Positions 1 to 12,300 are shown, numbered from the whole stretch's first letter. The stretch is 62,608 bases of DNA, filler included, from Sphacelaria rigidula (GCA_964200075.2; 5 parts of 5 records of this genome joined end to end with filler, not necessarily neighbours in it); one strand, 5' to 3'. Notes: generated by a model from the sequence alone, not told the origin. A program made the numbers and translations.

Positions 1-268
1 CTGTACTACGCTGAGGGTTAATATATGAATAACTAAAGCTGCTGAAGCCCATGTGCCCGTGATGGGCGGAGTCCACATGGCGATCTGATCTTGAGTGACA
101 GAAGTCTATAATGAACGTTAATTTTGAACAGTCGAGCGGACTGAAAATGAACGTTCATTATAGACTTCTGTCACTCAAGATCAGATCGCCATGTGGACTC
201 CGCCCATCACGGGCACATGGACTTCAGCAGCTTTGGTTATTCATACATTAACCCTCAGCGTAGTACAG
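1..268. repeat. Long foldback (inverted repeat), arms ~130 bp, loop ~5 nt; left arm runs to the window edge
   Basis: 1-133 is the reverse complement of 139-268 with 4 substitutions and one 3-nt bulge (CTGTACTACGCTGAGGGTTAA ... TTAACCCTCAGCGTAGTACAG). Confidence 0.93.
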
Positions 269-819
269 GAGAACAGGACCATAGCCTCTCTCCACCAGAG
301 TATCAAAACCAGCTCTACTCGTCATGGAGGTCATCCATCACAGAGTCCGGCAATCAGACCCGCAACTCCACCTGCACAGTGTCCCTAGCCTCAGGTAACA
401 ATGGTGGCTAGAGTCTACAGACAGCAGTGCCGCAGGTACCAACGCCACGGGTCTTGCACGCGTGGTGGTTTTGAACAAAAATGCGCGAAAGACAATAAAC
501 GATCCTGACGGACTTATACCCATAACTTATAAGTATAATGTGTAAGCATATAAGGGCTTCAAACCCCACGGCTAACCTGATCGTTAGGGGTGCTAAACGG
601 GGGGGGAGTGGAAGCCTCCGAAAAGTGTCTAGGCTGTTCGACGACATTTTATACTGTAATTTTCCCACTTTCTTTCGCTTCTTCGGATACACTTGATTTT
701 AGATTATATCCTTGACATGGAGAAATCGTGCGTCGAGGTGACGTTCTCCGTATTCAGACCCCACATACACTCCCACACCACTGACACATTCCGGGGTCGA
801 ACTTTATTTCAAGTGCCTC

Positions 820-1316
820 AAGGGCAGGTCGGGTATGGTATGTACTCGTGAATACTTGGGTACATGCTCGGGCACTTACTCTGCCCAAGGATTGGGCAGA
901 TTGGGTACGACCTCAAATACTCTACCCGAAACCGAATTCTGCGTAGATTGAGTGTGTTGTGTGTGTGTTGTCATCCCATCTATTCTGGACGCCGGTCTGC
1001 ACCTTTCGGTATATGTGGGTGCATCAGCCCCGGTCATACAGGGGGAAGGTCAACCCAGGAGCTTTTTTTTTTTGAGTACGGCCTCAAATACTCTATCCAA
1101 ATCTGAGTAGATGGAGCACAACCTCAAATACTCTGGTGGGTATGGCCTCACCTTCCCAAGTATTGGGTAAGCGCTCTCAGCATTACCTGGGTATGGAGTA
1201 TCACTTGGGTATGACCTCAATGCTGTACCCAGCTTCTGGGTATGTTGGGTATGATCTCAAACATTCTACCGAAATTTGGGTAGTTACGATTTCAATACTT
1301 TACCCAAATATTGGGT
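820..1316. repeat. Dispersed repeat built of degenerate GGGTAYGACCTCAA(A)TACTCTACCC-type units; second copy at ~2054-2330
   Basis: Motif recurs at ~903, 1074, 1113, 1207, 1247, 1283 and again at ~2145-2325; both copies begin AAGGGCAGGTCG. Confidence 0.7.
955..1073 (-). mobile_element. Truncated non-LTR/SINE-like 3' end with (CA)n-like tail, inserted in the repeat above
   Basis: GTGTGTGTTGTCATCCCAT..ATTCTGGACG..CCTTTCGGTATATGTGGG..AGCC..GGTCA aligns with 12972-13090; a short opposite-strand copy of the tail lies at 51792-51820. Class is inferred. Confidence 0.5.
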
Positions 1317-1318
1317 AA

Positions 1319-1455
1319 GGCCATGTCTTCAGCACATACACCATTTTTCGATCGTTACAAAAGTGCAGTGAAATTGATGTTGGCGAGTTCGTTTATTTTT
1401 CGCGAGTTGAGTTGGGTTCGAACGAATTTGAAAGCTTTCGATCTAAAAGACACGG
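1319..1455. mobile_element. Degenerate PIF/Harbinger (Tourist-like) MITE
   Basis: TAA|GGCCATGTCTT ... AAGACACGG termini as in 13456-13649 and 38955-39147; right end eroded. Confidence 0.5.
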
Positions 1456-3918
1456 GGAAATCGTGACGCGGCACTTATTGTTCACTTGTCTACACAGTAT
1501 AGTTTTGTACTGCATATGCTGTATGCATACAGTGTGCCTGAGTGTGAGTGTGCGTGTTTCTTACAGGAGGATGTGGAAGAGAGAGGGTCAACGTGCAGTG
1601 TAGACAGCGCAGGATTACCTGTACTCTCTGCGCACAGTGCGACATGAACGGGACTTGAACAAATTGCTACTTTGAACTGCCTGCACCGTCCATGAGTGTA
1701 CGCAATTCAGCTGTCCGCCCTACCACGCAGTCCCGTTACCGAACCCCACCACGAGAAAAACGTTTTTGCCGACAAAAAATACGCATCATACCCAACTTCT
1801 GCAGTGTATCTATCCCCCCTTTGCCCAACTCGTGCTCTATGCTGCAGGGTTGCGATGGCAGCTGAGAGTAAGTTGTGTGGGGTTTGCGTGGTTCTGTAAA
1901 CGGGTGGTATCTGGCGTGGTGGTCTGCAAGATAGGAGTCACGTGCCCCTTCGTACCTTTCTTTCGCATGTTTTCGATCGAAGGATATGACATTCCTACCT
2001 ACTTCCTATGGTATGCAGGAATGTCATACCCTATGTTTTTGATCGAAAAAGCCAAGGGCAGGTCGACTAGGGTACGTACGTTTTGATACTCGGGTAAAAT
2101 ATAAAATGCCCGGGTATTTCCTCTACCAAAGGTTTGAGTAGATTAAGTACGGCCTCAATGCTCCACCGAAATATCAGGTAGCTTTGGTATAACTTCGAAT
2201 ACTCTACTCAAATATTGGGTAAGCACTATCAGCAAAACCGGAGTATAGAGCATCACTTGACTATGACGTCCATACTCTGCCCAATTTTTGAGTAGATTGA
2301 GTACGACCTTGAATACTCAACCCAAATTGTCCATTGGTGCCAATCGTTCGCTAAGCAAGTTTTGCGTCGTCAGTCCGTGTTCGTTAGACAGCGCGTTCTG
2401 CGCAAGCTAGGAGTGCAGCCCCCCTCAAAGTTCCAGATCTCAGCGTCCAAACTAGAACCAAGTCGGGACAACTTCACCCCACCAAATGTTGGTTCACTAC
2501 TCGGTAGGTATACAAATTTCTCGGACCTCCATGATTTCAAGTAACTCTAACCGTAAGGGATCTTTTCATCGAAGGGAATTTTCGCTTTTTCAAAATCTCC
2601 TTTTTGGAAAACGACCTCTGATTGGTCGCTGCGATACCCCCCCCCCCCAAAAAACAAACAAACAAGAAAAACAAATTACCCCCAAAACGTGCTCAGATAT
2701 TCCCTTCATTTTGGGGATTTCAGGAAGTGCAAAAACACTTCCTGAAACACTTCCTGAAATCTCCTTTCCAAAAGGGGATTTCCGGACAGCTCGAAGGGGA
2801 ACATACATGTCCGGCTGATGGGAGCACATGCAAAGGCTTACCACACAACTCAACACAATCAGAGCTGAACCTGAGGAACTTGGTGGTGACGCAAATAAAA
2901 TACACACAGCTCGAGCCGTAGCTGCTTATCAGCTGTGCACGTTGTGCGTGACCTTGCTCAAATCTGTTCAGAATTCATCAAGAAATAATTATTTGTGATG
3001 GACACGCGCACAGCACACGCTTAGAAAACGGTCAGCAGCCATACGTTATCGGTCGTTTTTTTACACGCACGTAACCGCCATTCGTCCAATACAGAACCGG
3101 TTTCCGTCAAACAAAGACTGCCGTGTGTAAATTAGTAGGAGCTAGCGGTGAAACTAGTGCGCGTGAGTGGTGGGTGTCTGTAACAGTTAGTTGTTCTGAC
3201 TCCTTGTCTGCGGAGTAGGGATCATCTGAAGGCAATTTGTAGGATTCGGCCGAGTCATAAGAGAGTTGGCGATGTCGTGGCCTGCAAACAGGTGCCAACG
3301 GTACATGACAGTTTTTTACAGTCCAAACAACAGTACTTGCATCCACTTAGAGCAGAGAACATATTTTCCCAGGATAGGCAGCAGGTGCGCCGAAGAAACT
3401 TTTGCCGCCACACCCTCCAGAAAATGTCTTGTGGGGGGGTAGATAATCTGGTTTTGACGCCGAAGACCTCGAAATCGGGAAAACTATTGGCGGTCGGAGA
3501 CAGGTCTTCAAATCCCAATGGGCGTAACTGAAACGCATGACTGAAGTACGTTACACCTAACCCTAATCCAACGTGAACGAACACGCACAGACATCCAGGG
3601 CACAAGCGCAGCACGCCTGACCCTAGCTATTGCTGTGCTATAGTTTACACAGCGCTCTTTGTTTCACGGCAATCCATATGGTGTTGGATGAGGGTCGGCC
3701 GTGCTTGTGCAACCAAACTTGCTGAAGATGGAGTCGTTGGCCATTACGTGGGATCATTTTTATGGTAGTAAACAAACAACAAACAGCCGGTGTTTACTCA
3801 ACGCCATACTCGCCGAAGAAAACCGCTCATGTGGGGGGCGGCGGTGCAAGCTGAAAGGAGTCGGCGGGCCTAACCCTTAGTGGTACAAATAATTGGCGAG
3901 GAATCACTGGGTTGACGG

Positions 3919-4447
3919 CGACTGTCATGTACCTGGTCGGACTCTACCTGCTTGCAAACGGCATTTTGTGTTCACTTCGGAACTGTCGCGCGCAACCAAT
4001 ACAGTTTTCAATCATCCCTGCACAGACAGAGAGTAGGTGCATCATATCGAGCGCGCAGCACCCGACATTGCACGCACACGCGCAGCGAAACGAACCACAC
4101 AGACGGACGAGTTAACACCAGCAGCCTAAAACTTATCGTACACGATTGGCAGGTAGACAACCCGGCTACCCATGTGTGTACTCGTCCGTTGGAAATTTTC
4201 CCCTTTATGCATGTGTTTTTGTTCCGTAAATGAGTATCAAATCACTCTTTTTTCTGTACTTGACAAAACGTGTCGTTGCTGACCGTTTATGTCGGTGGGT
4301 AGTTGCTCCGTTCTCATATTGATTTTATACTGGGCATAACTGGATGATTTCGTGTGCGTGGGTTGTGTTTTGCCCGACTGTCATGTACTTGGTCGGGCAG
4401 CTATGTGCTTGCAAACAAAATTGTGTTTAAACTACGGAACTGTCGCG
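3919..4447. repeat. ~73-bp direct repeat pair (3919-3991 and 4375-4447)
   Basis: CGACTGTCATGTACYTGGTCGG...TGCTTGCAAAC...TTGTGTT...CGGAACTGTCGCG present twice. Confidence 0.8.
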
Positions 4448-4800
4448 GGCATAGCCTATGGAGCACTATGCCGATGAAAGGGTGTTACTATATATACCCT
4501 GGTGTGTGAAACGAAGTGACCGAAAAGCATTTGTCCACGTTTTCCACTCAGTCGTGTATTTCCATGACCCCTGTTGAGCAAAGGTAACAATTTCCCGTTG
4601 AAATTTCCCGATACAATTTCCCGTTTTCCCGCGCTGCTGTGTTTTCGCCAAGCGCACTGTTTTGTCTACGAGAAGGATCATCAAATGTATTATAAGCGTA
4701 AATGTATCGCCGATGGATACAAAAATCAGTATATTTGGGTCCGCTTTTTCCATACTTTATCTCAATAGAAAATTATCCTTTACAGAACAGTACTTGACAC

Positions 4801-4830
4801 TGATGATGATGATGATGATGATGATGATGA
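4801..4830. repeat. (TGA)10 microsatellite
   Basis: Direct read. Confidence 0.97.
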
Positions 4831-5809
4831 CGACTAGTGGTTAGCCACGGTTAAAGAATATAGCGGGAAGAGAAATGGTCCTGAGGTGACCATAATTTAT
4901 TAATATACGCTGGGGAAGCACGTGAGGACTTCCAACCGAATGGCTAACTGTGACTACCGCGAATGAAGGAAGGAACTATGACCGTGATGGCGCCAACCCG
5001 CGCTACACCAGAACAGAATCCATCCCCAAAAAGCAAGGATCAAACCGAGTAGAATGGCACCACGTCAATCGTCTAGCCCCGTACCGAATGTAGAGGAACA
5101 AAATCTAAGATCATCCCACCCTAGCTCATCAATCTTCGTCGGCAGTAGTGAGGCGTCGGCGGCCAGTATGGCATGGGCAACACGCTGGCCGTATGCATCA
5201 ACTCGAGAGCGGAGGTCATCGTTGAGGTCCATGACTTGTTCCTGGCGCGTGTCGATGGCGTACCCGTTGGCGTCTAGGTTGTCTGCTGCGTTGACATTTT
5301 GCTGTTGGAACGCCTAACGGTAGCCATTTTCGATGTTCTCAAGCCCCGCTGGCCTTTCGTAACCGTCATAGTCCCGGCAGACCCCTCCTTCGCAGACCCC
5401 TCCTTCACAGTTCAGCGCGGCTTAATGGGCATGCACAACCAGGAATATCTCCCTCCAGGCTGGCACATGGACAACCATGCCTCCAACGTCCGACTCGCGG
5501 GGTTAATAACTCGACCAAACCAAACGCGAGCACGTCCTGGCCTTCGTTCTTGCTCTTGTACGTGTCCCCTTCCCGCCCTTGCTCTTATTCCTCGTTGGCA
5601 TCCTCTACCATCACGTGGCGATGGTGCACTCCTGACCGATGGGGGTGGGGCTACACCCGTTCTTTCTCTTCCCGCGCCTCGTGCTGCCCCACACCGCCCT
5701 CCCGTCCCCCACTGCCCTCTCCTACCTCCACGCGGTGAGGGTATATCCCCTTGCCGATCGGGTAGGAGATGCTGTGGGATCCTCTGGATGGTATGGTGCG
5801 CGGTCGTGG

Positions 5810-7230
5810 AGCCGTCCAGCACCTCCCCGCAAACGATATTCTGAGTGCAAGAAGCCGTGGTACCGTCGAGCATAGGCGTTCGGCCGTCACCAGCTACGAT
5901 GTAGAGATTGTTTGGAGAAGTCGCGCGCAAAATGGCGACGTACAATAGACCATGAGGGAAAAACCGGGGGCGGCAGGCACACGCCAACGCGGTCGAGGTT
6001 TCGTCCCTGAGCCTTGTTGATTGCCATCGCGAAAGCAGGGGCAATGGGGAACTGGCGACGTTTGAAGGCTAAGGGCAGTTCGCCGTCGTTGTTGTTCACT
6101 GATGTACGCGGGACGAAGGCGATATTGTCCCTGTGAGGCCCCGCAGAAATGCGGACGTGGAGAACTCGCGGTGTGGCATGTATTAGTTCGAACCTCGTCC
6201 CATTGAAGAGGCCCAGGGTGGGATTGATGGTCTGCGGTAGAATGTAGGGAGCTGTGGCCTTGAACACCACCTCGTGCGCGGCCATCCCGGCGGGCGTGAG
6301 GGAGTGGAGGAACTTCGGTGTGTGCGTCCGTGGTATCTTCCGTCTCGACAACGCTGAAGCTAGAGAAACCCGCGACCTGGACGTGCTCGATGAGGGTGTC
6401 GTTCCTGGGTGCCAGGATGGCGGCGTTGTCCATGTCTGAAAGTGAGATAGGCAATGTGTGGATTCTGGAGATTAGGTCCCCAATGTCGCCAAATGGGACG
6501 CAGTGCTCGAATGAAATCCTGATCAAATGCCTGCTGTCGTCCATGGTGGGCACTCCCTCCTCTGTTCCGTCGACGACGCGCATCTGCCATGCACAGAAAT
6601 CGCGGAGGCGGTCACTGTCTGCCCCCGCACGCAGGACACGCATTTTGACGGAAAGGGTGAGGGTGCGCACGTTGTCCCATAACGGTGAACTCTTGACGCA
6701 AGCGTGTGCAACCCGAGCCTGTGTTACCCTGCGCACGACGGGAAGTACTGGCTAGCAGCGGGTGCAGCGATTGTGTGTCGGGTGCAGCGCCGTAGGGTTG
6801 GTGGAGGGGCGGTGAGTATGACAGCAACACTTGAGCGCGGTCTCACCTGCCTGGAGTCTCTACCCATGACGACGGTTTTACCTCCCCCCACGGGAGGTCT
6901 GTGTCACATATATCCTGCAGCGTCCACCCCAGCGCTTCGTGGCAGTAGCGATGAGACATGGGCACCTCACCCCAGAAGATGACATCTGCCATCCTCAATA
7001 GTTGAACCCGGCCGCTCTCTTCCGCGATATAATAGCACGATTGACCTTCCCTGACATTGATCGGAATGCCGAAGGCGGAGTGAGCCGTGAGACCCCATGT
7101 TGATAGGGTGGAGGCAACGCCGCTGATGGCGGCGGTGACAACAATCCTACCCATACCGCAAATGGCGGAGATGAGTGTGTCGTACAGGAATGTCTGGCCC
7201 GCACCGCCGGGACTCACAACCGGTCGGCGA
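5810..7230 (-). pseudogene. PIF1-family (SF1B) helicase domain of Helitron RepHel, frameshifted
   Basis: PGGAGQTF (Walker A), AAISGVAS, TAHSAFGIP, IFWGEVPM (motif II), GGKTVVMGRDSRQ/VLPVV (III), AILAPRN (IV), GLFNGTR, RRQFPIAPAFAMAINKAQG (V), HGLLYVAILRA (VI), terminal QNIVCGEVL. Confidence 0.92.
6752..6846 (-). other. Predicted spliceosomal intron in helicase motif III (95 bp)
   Basis: CAG|GTGAGA donor at 6846; TAG acceptor at 6752 gives GRDSRQ-PVLPVV. Acceptor uncertain by a few nt. Confidence 0.7.
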
Positions 7231-8707
7231 AACCAGTAGCCACCGCGTTGCGCAATGGCCGACGTGTCCTTAGTCGTCGTCATTGATGCCGGCATCTTCT
7301 CTATCCCGAAGCGGATAGTCAGCACCGTCGTCAGGGCGGAGTCGTGCATGAACGTCCATGATGACGTCGTGAGCGACCCGCTGGTCGGCGTTGAGGAGAG
7401 CGACATTGACGGCAGCATGTCGTTGGAGTTACCGTCGGTCCACGCCCTGGAGTTCATCTTTGACCTCCGGAGGTATCCTACGGTGGTAGTCGGACGCGGT
7501 GGGTTCTTCAGGCTCGGGAAGCTCGTATTTGATGGCGCTGGAGCTGACGGAGCGAAGGCTGCGGCCAATGTCCAACCGCGCGGAGGTCATCGTCCATTTG
7601 CCTTTCGCGGTCTGTCTAGTGCGCCTGGTGAAGGACATGAGGGGCGAGCTCATCGCAGTGACGACTCCACAGTAGCAGGGGCTTCTGGACCTGACAGCAC
7701 CGCAAGAGGGTAACAAGAAGCTGGCGAAGGGCGGGATTGGACGTCTGAGTGATGATGGCATCTTGCAGGCAGCGATTCCACTCGTCATCATTCTGCAGCA
7801 GCAAACGGCGGCTGCAAGCCTCGTGGAATGCCCCGCATATTTCTCCATCATCCAACGTGTGCAGCGCTTGGAAAGACAAAAGTAAAGTGCGTGGGGAAGT
7901 CGTAGTACAGCATTTGTCGTGTGGGGTCATCCGGCCCCACCTCCGCGTTTTTTGCAAAGTACGCCGCGAGAGTAGTTGCCCCGCCGTTCGCCAGCACGCG
8001 CTGCGCGGTAGCCGGTGTGAACAGCACGTATTGACCGTCTGGTTCATGTACAGCAAGATGCATAACTGGCGGATGGCGGTCGCTCATGCCGAGGTTCAAG
8101 ATACGCCAGGCCGCTTCGCATGACCCCAGATATCGAGCGTCAACATACGTCGTGATCTCGTCATCCTCATCTCCCTCCTCGGTGACCCCGGCGACGGTCC
8201 GGTCACCCCCCTTGTCGACGTACTTGTAGATGTACTTGACGCTCTTCACCGAGGCGCACAGCTAAACGTTGATGTGGGCGTTTACACTCCAGGGTTGGAG
8301 CAGGGTTGTATGGAACCCACATGTTGTCCACCCACCAGCCGTTCAGGAACACACCATGCGGTTCCACCCGGTACGTTTTGGAGCGGTTTTCATCTGCATA
8401 GACGGACATCCAGTATGGCCTTACAAGCGGGCCGGCGGCGACGGTACTCGCCGTACTCGTCTTCCGCCGCGGTGGTCCGCTCCGCGGGTTGTCGGGGGAA
8501 TCGCTTTGAACGCCGGCTGTCCTCCATGCACGAAGGGCCGCAAGGACCATGGATTTAGGAAGAGGCGGCGATGTGGAACAGTCGTCATTGCTGGCGGATG
8601 TCGGGTAACTCGGCGGAAATGTAATCATCGTATTCATCCGGAGTTGGCTTGTCCTCTGATGTGCACATGATCAAAATATGGGCACAGGATAGACCGCGTT
8701 TCTGGAA

Positions 8708-8902
8708 CTGGGTAGATGTGACGGGTGCAACAGATAACGTGGCAAGGAGTGCACGCGGGGATACTTCATCAGCGATGGCGTCGTCGGGTACACAATGAAC
8801 GGCGTTCCCTCACCAAACGGAGTCCCTGGGTGCAGGAGAGGTGGGGTGAGGAATATAGGAGTTGATGGGAACTATTTCACTCGAAAAATCTGGGAGACGC
8901 AC
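8708..8902 (-). other. Predicted spliceosomal intron in Rep motif 2 (195 bp, phase 0)
   Basis: GAC|GTGCGT ... CTACCCAG|TTC; removal yields RVID-FQKRG, matching the Helitron consensus VIEFQKRG. Confidence 0.85.
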
Positions 8903-9059
8903 GTCGATCACTCTAAACCAGGCCACGGCTCTGCCCATGTACCCGTTCAGGATATCATCCTCGAAAGCTGTCGCTTCAGGCGAAAAACGCTACAGACGAT
9001 GTCGGGATGGTCGCTGGGGTGTTGTCCTTCGAGCAAGGCATCTGTAGTCTCCGGCCAGC

Positions 9060-9328
9060 CTGCAAGGAGTTGCAGTGGACAGGAAGGAAGGAACGGTCAT
9101 GTAACCGCAGAATTTTTGTTGTCGGAGCCAACATCGTGATGCACGGACTGCTACAGGCCGGCGTTAGGCTCGTATCAGATACGTTTTGAAATACATCAAA
9201 CAATTTACCAGCCATGCAGGCACTCGATAAAATTATTGAACTGATGAGCAATAAAATTTCAGTCATCAATCCATAAGTCCATGTGTCGATGAAACCGTAT
9301 ACCAAGTGTTGAATCAGAGGGTTCTCAC
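9060..9328 (-). other. Predicted spliceosomal intron in Rep motif 1 (269 bp, phase 1)
   Basis: GCAC|GTGAGA ... TTCCTTCCTTCCTGTCCACTGCAACTCCTTGCAG|GCTGG; removal yields FTCNARWPE, matching the consensus FTCNPxWPE. Confidence 0.87.
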
Positions 9329-12300
9329 GTGCGTTGCACGTGAAGAAAACGAGAACATGTGGCTTTCTGAAGTGACGGACGACGGCCATGGCGTCAAGAT
9401 AACGCTACGTCATGTACCAGGGGCCACGGGTGAAACTGGGGGAGAGGACGGTGACAGCCCGGCCAACATCGCTGGGGTGATTGCCTCGCTGCAGGGCGTC
9501 GCTGAGCCCTCGGTCTCATGACAGCGAAGGGCTTCCTGGTTGTTTATTTGGTACTGCAGTCTTTCGTGCTCAATCTGACGCGCACAGTCAGCTTCCCACT
9601 GCTCGAAAAGCCTGCCGCCGACATGAAGCATCTGGACAGCGACAGGGGAGGTGCGCCGACTGCGGCCGCCCACTGTCGTGTCCTTGACGTCAGACGATAT
9701 GCAGTAAACTATCGCTTGGAGACCATACGCCGCGCCCCGCCGCCGCCGCCGCCTCGCGGACGTCTTTCCCCCGGCGCGTTAACTTGCAGCGGCCGCAGGG
9801 TCTCATCGCTGTGCTGGGGAATCTCATTGTGGTACTCGCACTCATCGATGGGGTTGAGGATGGGGTACGACAGGGTATCTACCGAGGGGTGATTCTCGCA
9901 AATGCTCCTCAAATGACCTCGCAAGTCTTGGACGACGATGTCGCGGTTGTAGTTGTGTCGGTCGTGAGCATCGGGGATCACAGCGGCAACCTCACGCAGA
10001 GCGGCCGTCGCGTTGTAGTGCCGGGGATCCGGTGTTTCTTCGACGCGCAGGAACAAACGCCCCCCTGCTCCCACGGCACCGCCTGCCCGTTGTCGTCTGT
10101 CTGATGCAGACATATGTATTCTGCCATATGTGTATTCACGGGATATAACTCGATGCACCATTTGCGCTACGCGTTGAAGGTCCCCCCCTTGTAGCTGCGA
10201 GAAGTTGTTGAGGCGATACCCCAGTTGCTCGTCCTCGCCGGAGTATAAGTAGATCTGACAGTAGCGGGGGATGGAGTCTCGGCGCAGCGATTGGACACTG
10301 CGGAGGTAGTAATGAAACTACCCTCGCACAACAAAAGTGTATGGACCGTTGATTTGGAACTGGTGTAGTTGAAGGGAGTCGGCGGCGGTCCCAGTTCCGC
10401 AGGAGGAAAAGACGAAGGCGGAGTTCATTCTTTTGATGTTGGTAAGGAAAGATCGCGAGAGAGAGTTCGCCGGAGACGCGAGCTCAGCCAGTTCCGGTGG
10501 TGGGTTGGACGGCAGTGGCCAGAGTCTCACCTTTCCTTTGCCGCAGCAAAGGCAAGACGTTTCGCCTCCTCCTACAAGGAAGGATGGGCGCCGTTGGATG
10601 GGGTGGTGTCGGACAAAAGCGTGAAATGCTGTACTTTCGTTGGGCGTAACGCACTAGTCGGTACTTTTCGTGTTCAGCACTACACATATTTCCCGGCGGT
10701 ATATTAATCGGTGCCACAACTGCGGCCATGAAAGAACTGCGCTCACGTCATCGATTGTTTTCGCAGGCGGTTCACCATCTAAACTGTGAAGATGGAGAAC
10801 TGCTAGATACTGATACACAAACTTTCCCAAATTGTATTCTTAAGATACTGGGTAGACCCCGGTTACGGAGCGCATGATGTTCAACGCACATGATGCAGAA
10901 AACACTGATTGTTGGCTAGAGGGCCATGAATACAACCGAGAAGCAAAAGGAAACAAATGAATATTATACTGACATGGTGCCGGTATTATTACCTGAGAGC
11001 GTCCCCTACTACATCGTATGCCGGTCGAAGGTGTGTGTTGGCGAAGGAGGAATCGGGTCTCATACGTTGTGATTCAAATTGATGTTGATGGTTGAAAGCA
11101 CGACCTATCACATCGGAATTCATTCATTCCCCCGCACGAATCCAATCGAAACGTAATTTGCTGATTTGCTGGAGAAACCCGTGAGGGCGACTTTTTTTTT
11201 CCCGATTGAAAAAGTGCGGTAGACAAATACATTTTGGAGGTTGTCGGTCCACGACATCTACACTCGTAAGTGAAGCTATTAGATCATGTCGTACTACACT
11301 ATCTTTCGGACCGAAATGTAGGATCAAATGTGGCATCTACACACTCGTAGCTAAGCTTATGATAGCGCATTTTAACACTCTATTTTTCGGCCGAAAATGT
11401 GCGGGGGGAAAGGAAAACTCTGGTGTGTTCTCGTCGTGATTTAAAGTATCGCACCTGAAGGCTTCGACCCCGGTCGAACCGTGGTGAATGAGAGTGTGTG
11501 AAGAAATGGCGTAACTGGGGGAAATGGCGAAATATGATCATTTTCGATCAGACATCAAAGAACGGCAGCGTCACTCAAGGAATGGCAGAGGAGTCTCTCA
11601 CCTATCAAAAGCAGCCGATGACAAAATACACACTCCGCGCGCGGGCCGAGCATGTGCTGCGGCCACGGATCGTCTGGCGTGTCGTCGAGTGGAGCGGAGC
11701 ACATGCTGCGGTGTATGGTGGAGGCACCGGACCGCGATTGGCGGCGACGTTACTGTTCGGCGTTTCGCCGCAGCCGACCGTCCTCTCTCTCTTTGACGTT
11801 TCGCCGCGCCCGCCTGACCTGTAAAGCTGAGTTTCGCCGCAGTCGATCGTCCTCTCTCTGTTCTACATCCATGCGGGTCCGCCGTCCGGTTCGGTGTGCG
11901 ACTGTCTCCCGCGCCCGAGCTTCTTCCGCTTGCCGTGCTCGTTCACGCCTCTTGCGCAGGAGGCGCTGTCTACCGTCAAAACTCATTTTGATCATGCCAA
12001 ATGAACCATAGATTATGTAACCAAAAAGTAGGTGTTCGAGCATTTTGGTACATACACTGTGTCTGTCTGTTCATTACTGCCTGAGCGTCCTACTAGCTCC
12101 ATACCTCCAACTGGCATCAAGCGTCATGGCGCAACACGCGAGCACCCGCCACGAGTACCCTACGCGCATATAGCTGTAGACAAGTACTTCGAAGGTGAGG
12201 CGACCGCCATCGCCGAGCAGTTGGTGCAACACCACATACGTTGCACAGCTTTGTGCCACGCCGGGAGAAAACACATTCTGACATCCCCTCCTCTGCTATG

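Larger units (their letters stand above)
7850..9660 (-). pseudogene. Rep (HUH endonuclease) domain of Helitron RepHel, with introns and stops
   Basis: Motif 1 FFTCNARWPE and motif 2 VIDFQKRGLSCAHIL (both after splicing), IHGPCG, WVPYNP, motif 3 KYIYKYVDKG, DEITTYVDARYLGSCEAAWRI. Confidence 0.9.
5810..11996 (-). mobile_element. Decayed Helitron (rolling-circle transposon), RepHel coding region; termini not located
   Basis: Collinear Helitron blocks on the minus strand: R/E-rich N-terminus (11750-11996); CCGKGKV-LWPLPSNPPPEL..FLTNIKRMNSAFVFSS (10320-10555); EVAAVIP..RDIVV..HPSVDTLSYPILNP (9820-10000); GGRLFEQW..IEHERL; DAMAVVRHFRKPHVLVFFTCN; FQKRGLSCAHIL; KSVKYIYKYVDKGGD; EAAWRI; then PIF1 helicase. 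Many frameshifts and stops. Confidence 0.93.

Noticed and set aside
408-692. ORF starting MYPKKRKKV, resembling the SV40 NLS (possible vector contamination)
   Set aside because: Not the PKKKRKV sequence, non-ATG start, no other vector parts; it arises from a pyrimidine-rich tract read on the minus strand.
3556-3626. CCTAACCCTAA motifs as an interstitial telomere
   Set aside because: Only about two imperfect units.
4830-4860. CTAG|T on the minus strand as the Helitron 3' terminus
   Set aside because: No convincing 16-20-nt GC hairpin at the expected distance; the end cannot be fixed without other copies.
11455-11485. GGTTCGA-containing hairpin as a tRNA T-arm
   Set aside because: No cloverleaf, acceptor stem or A-box could be built.
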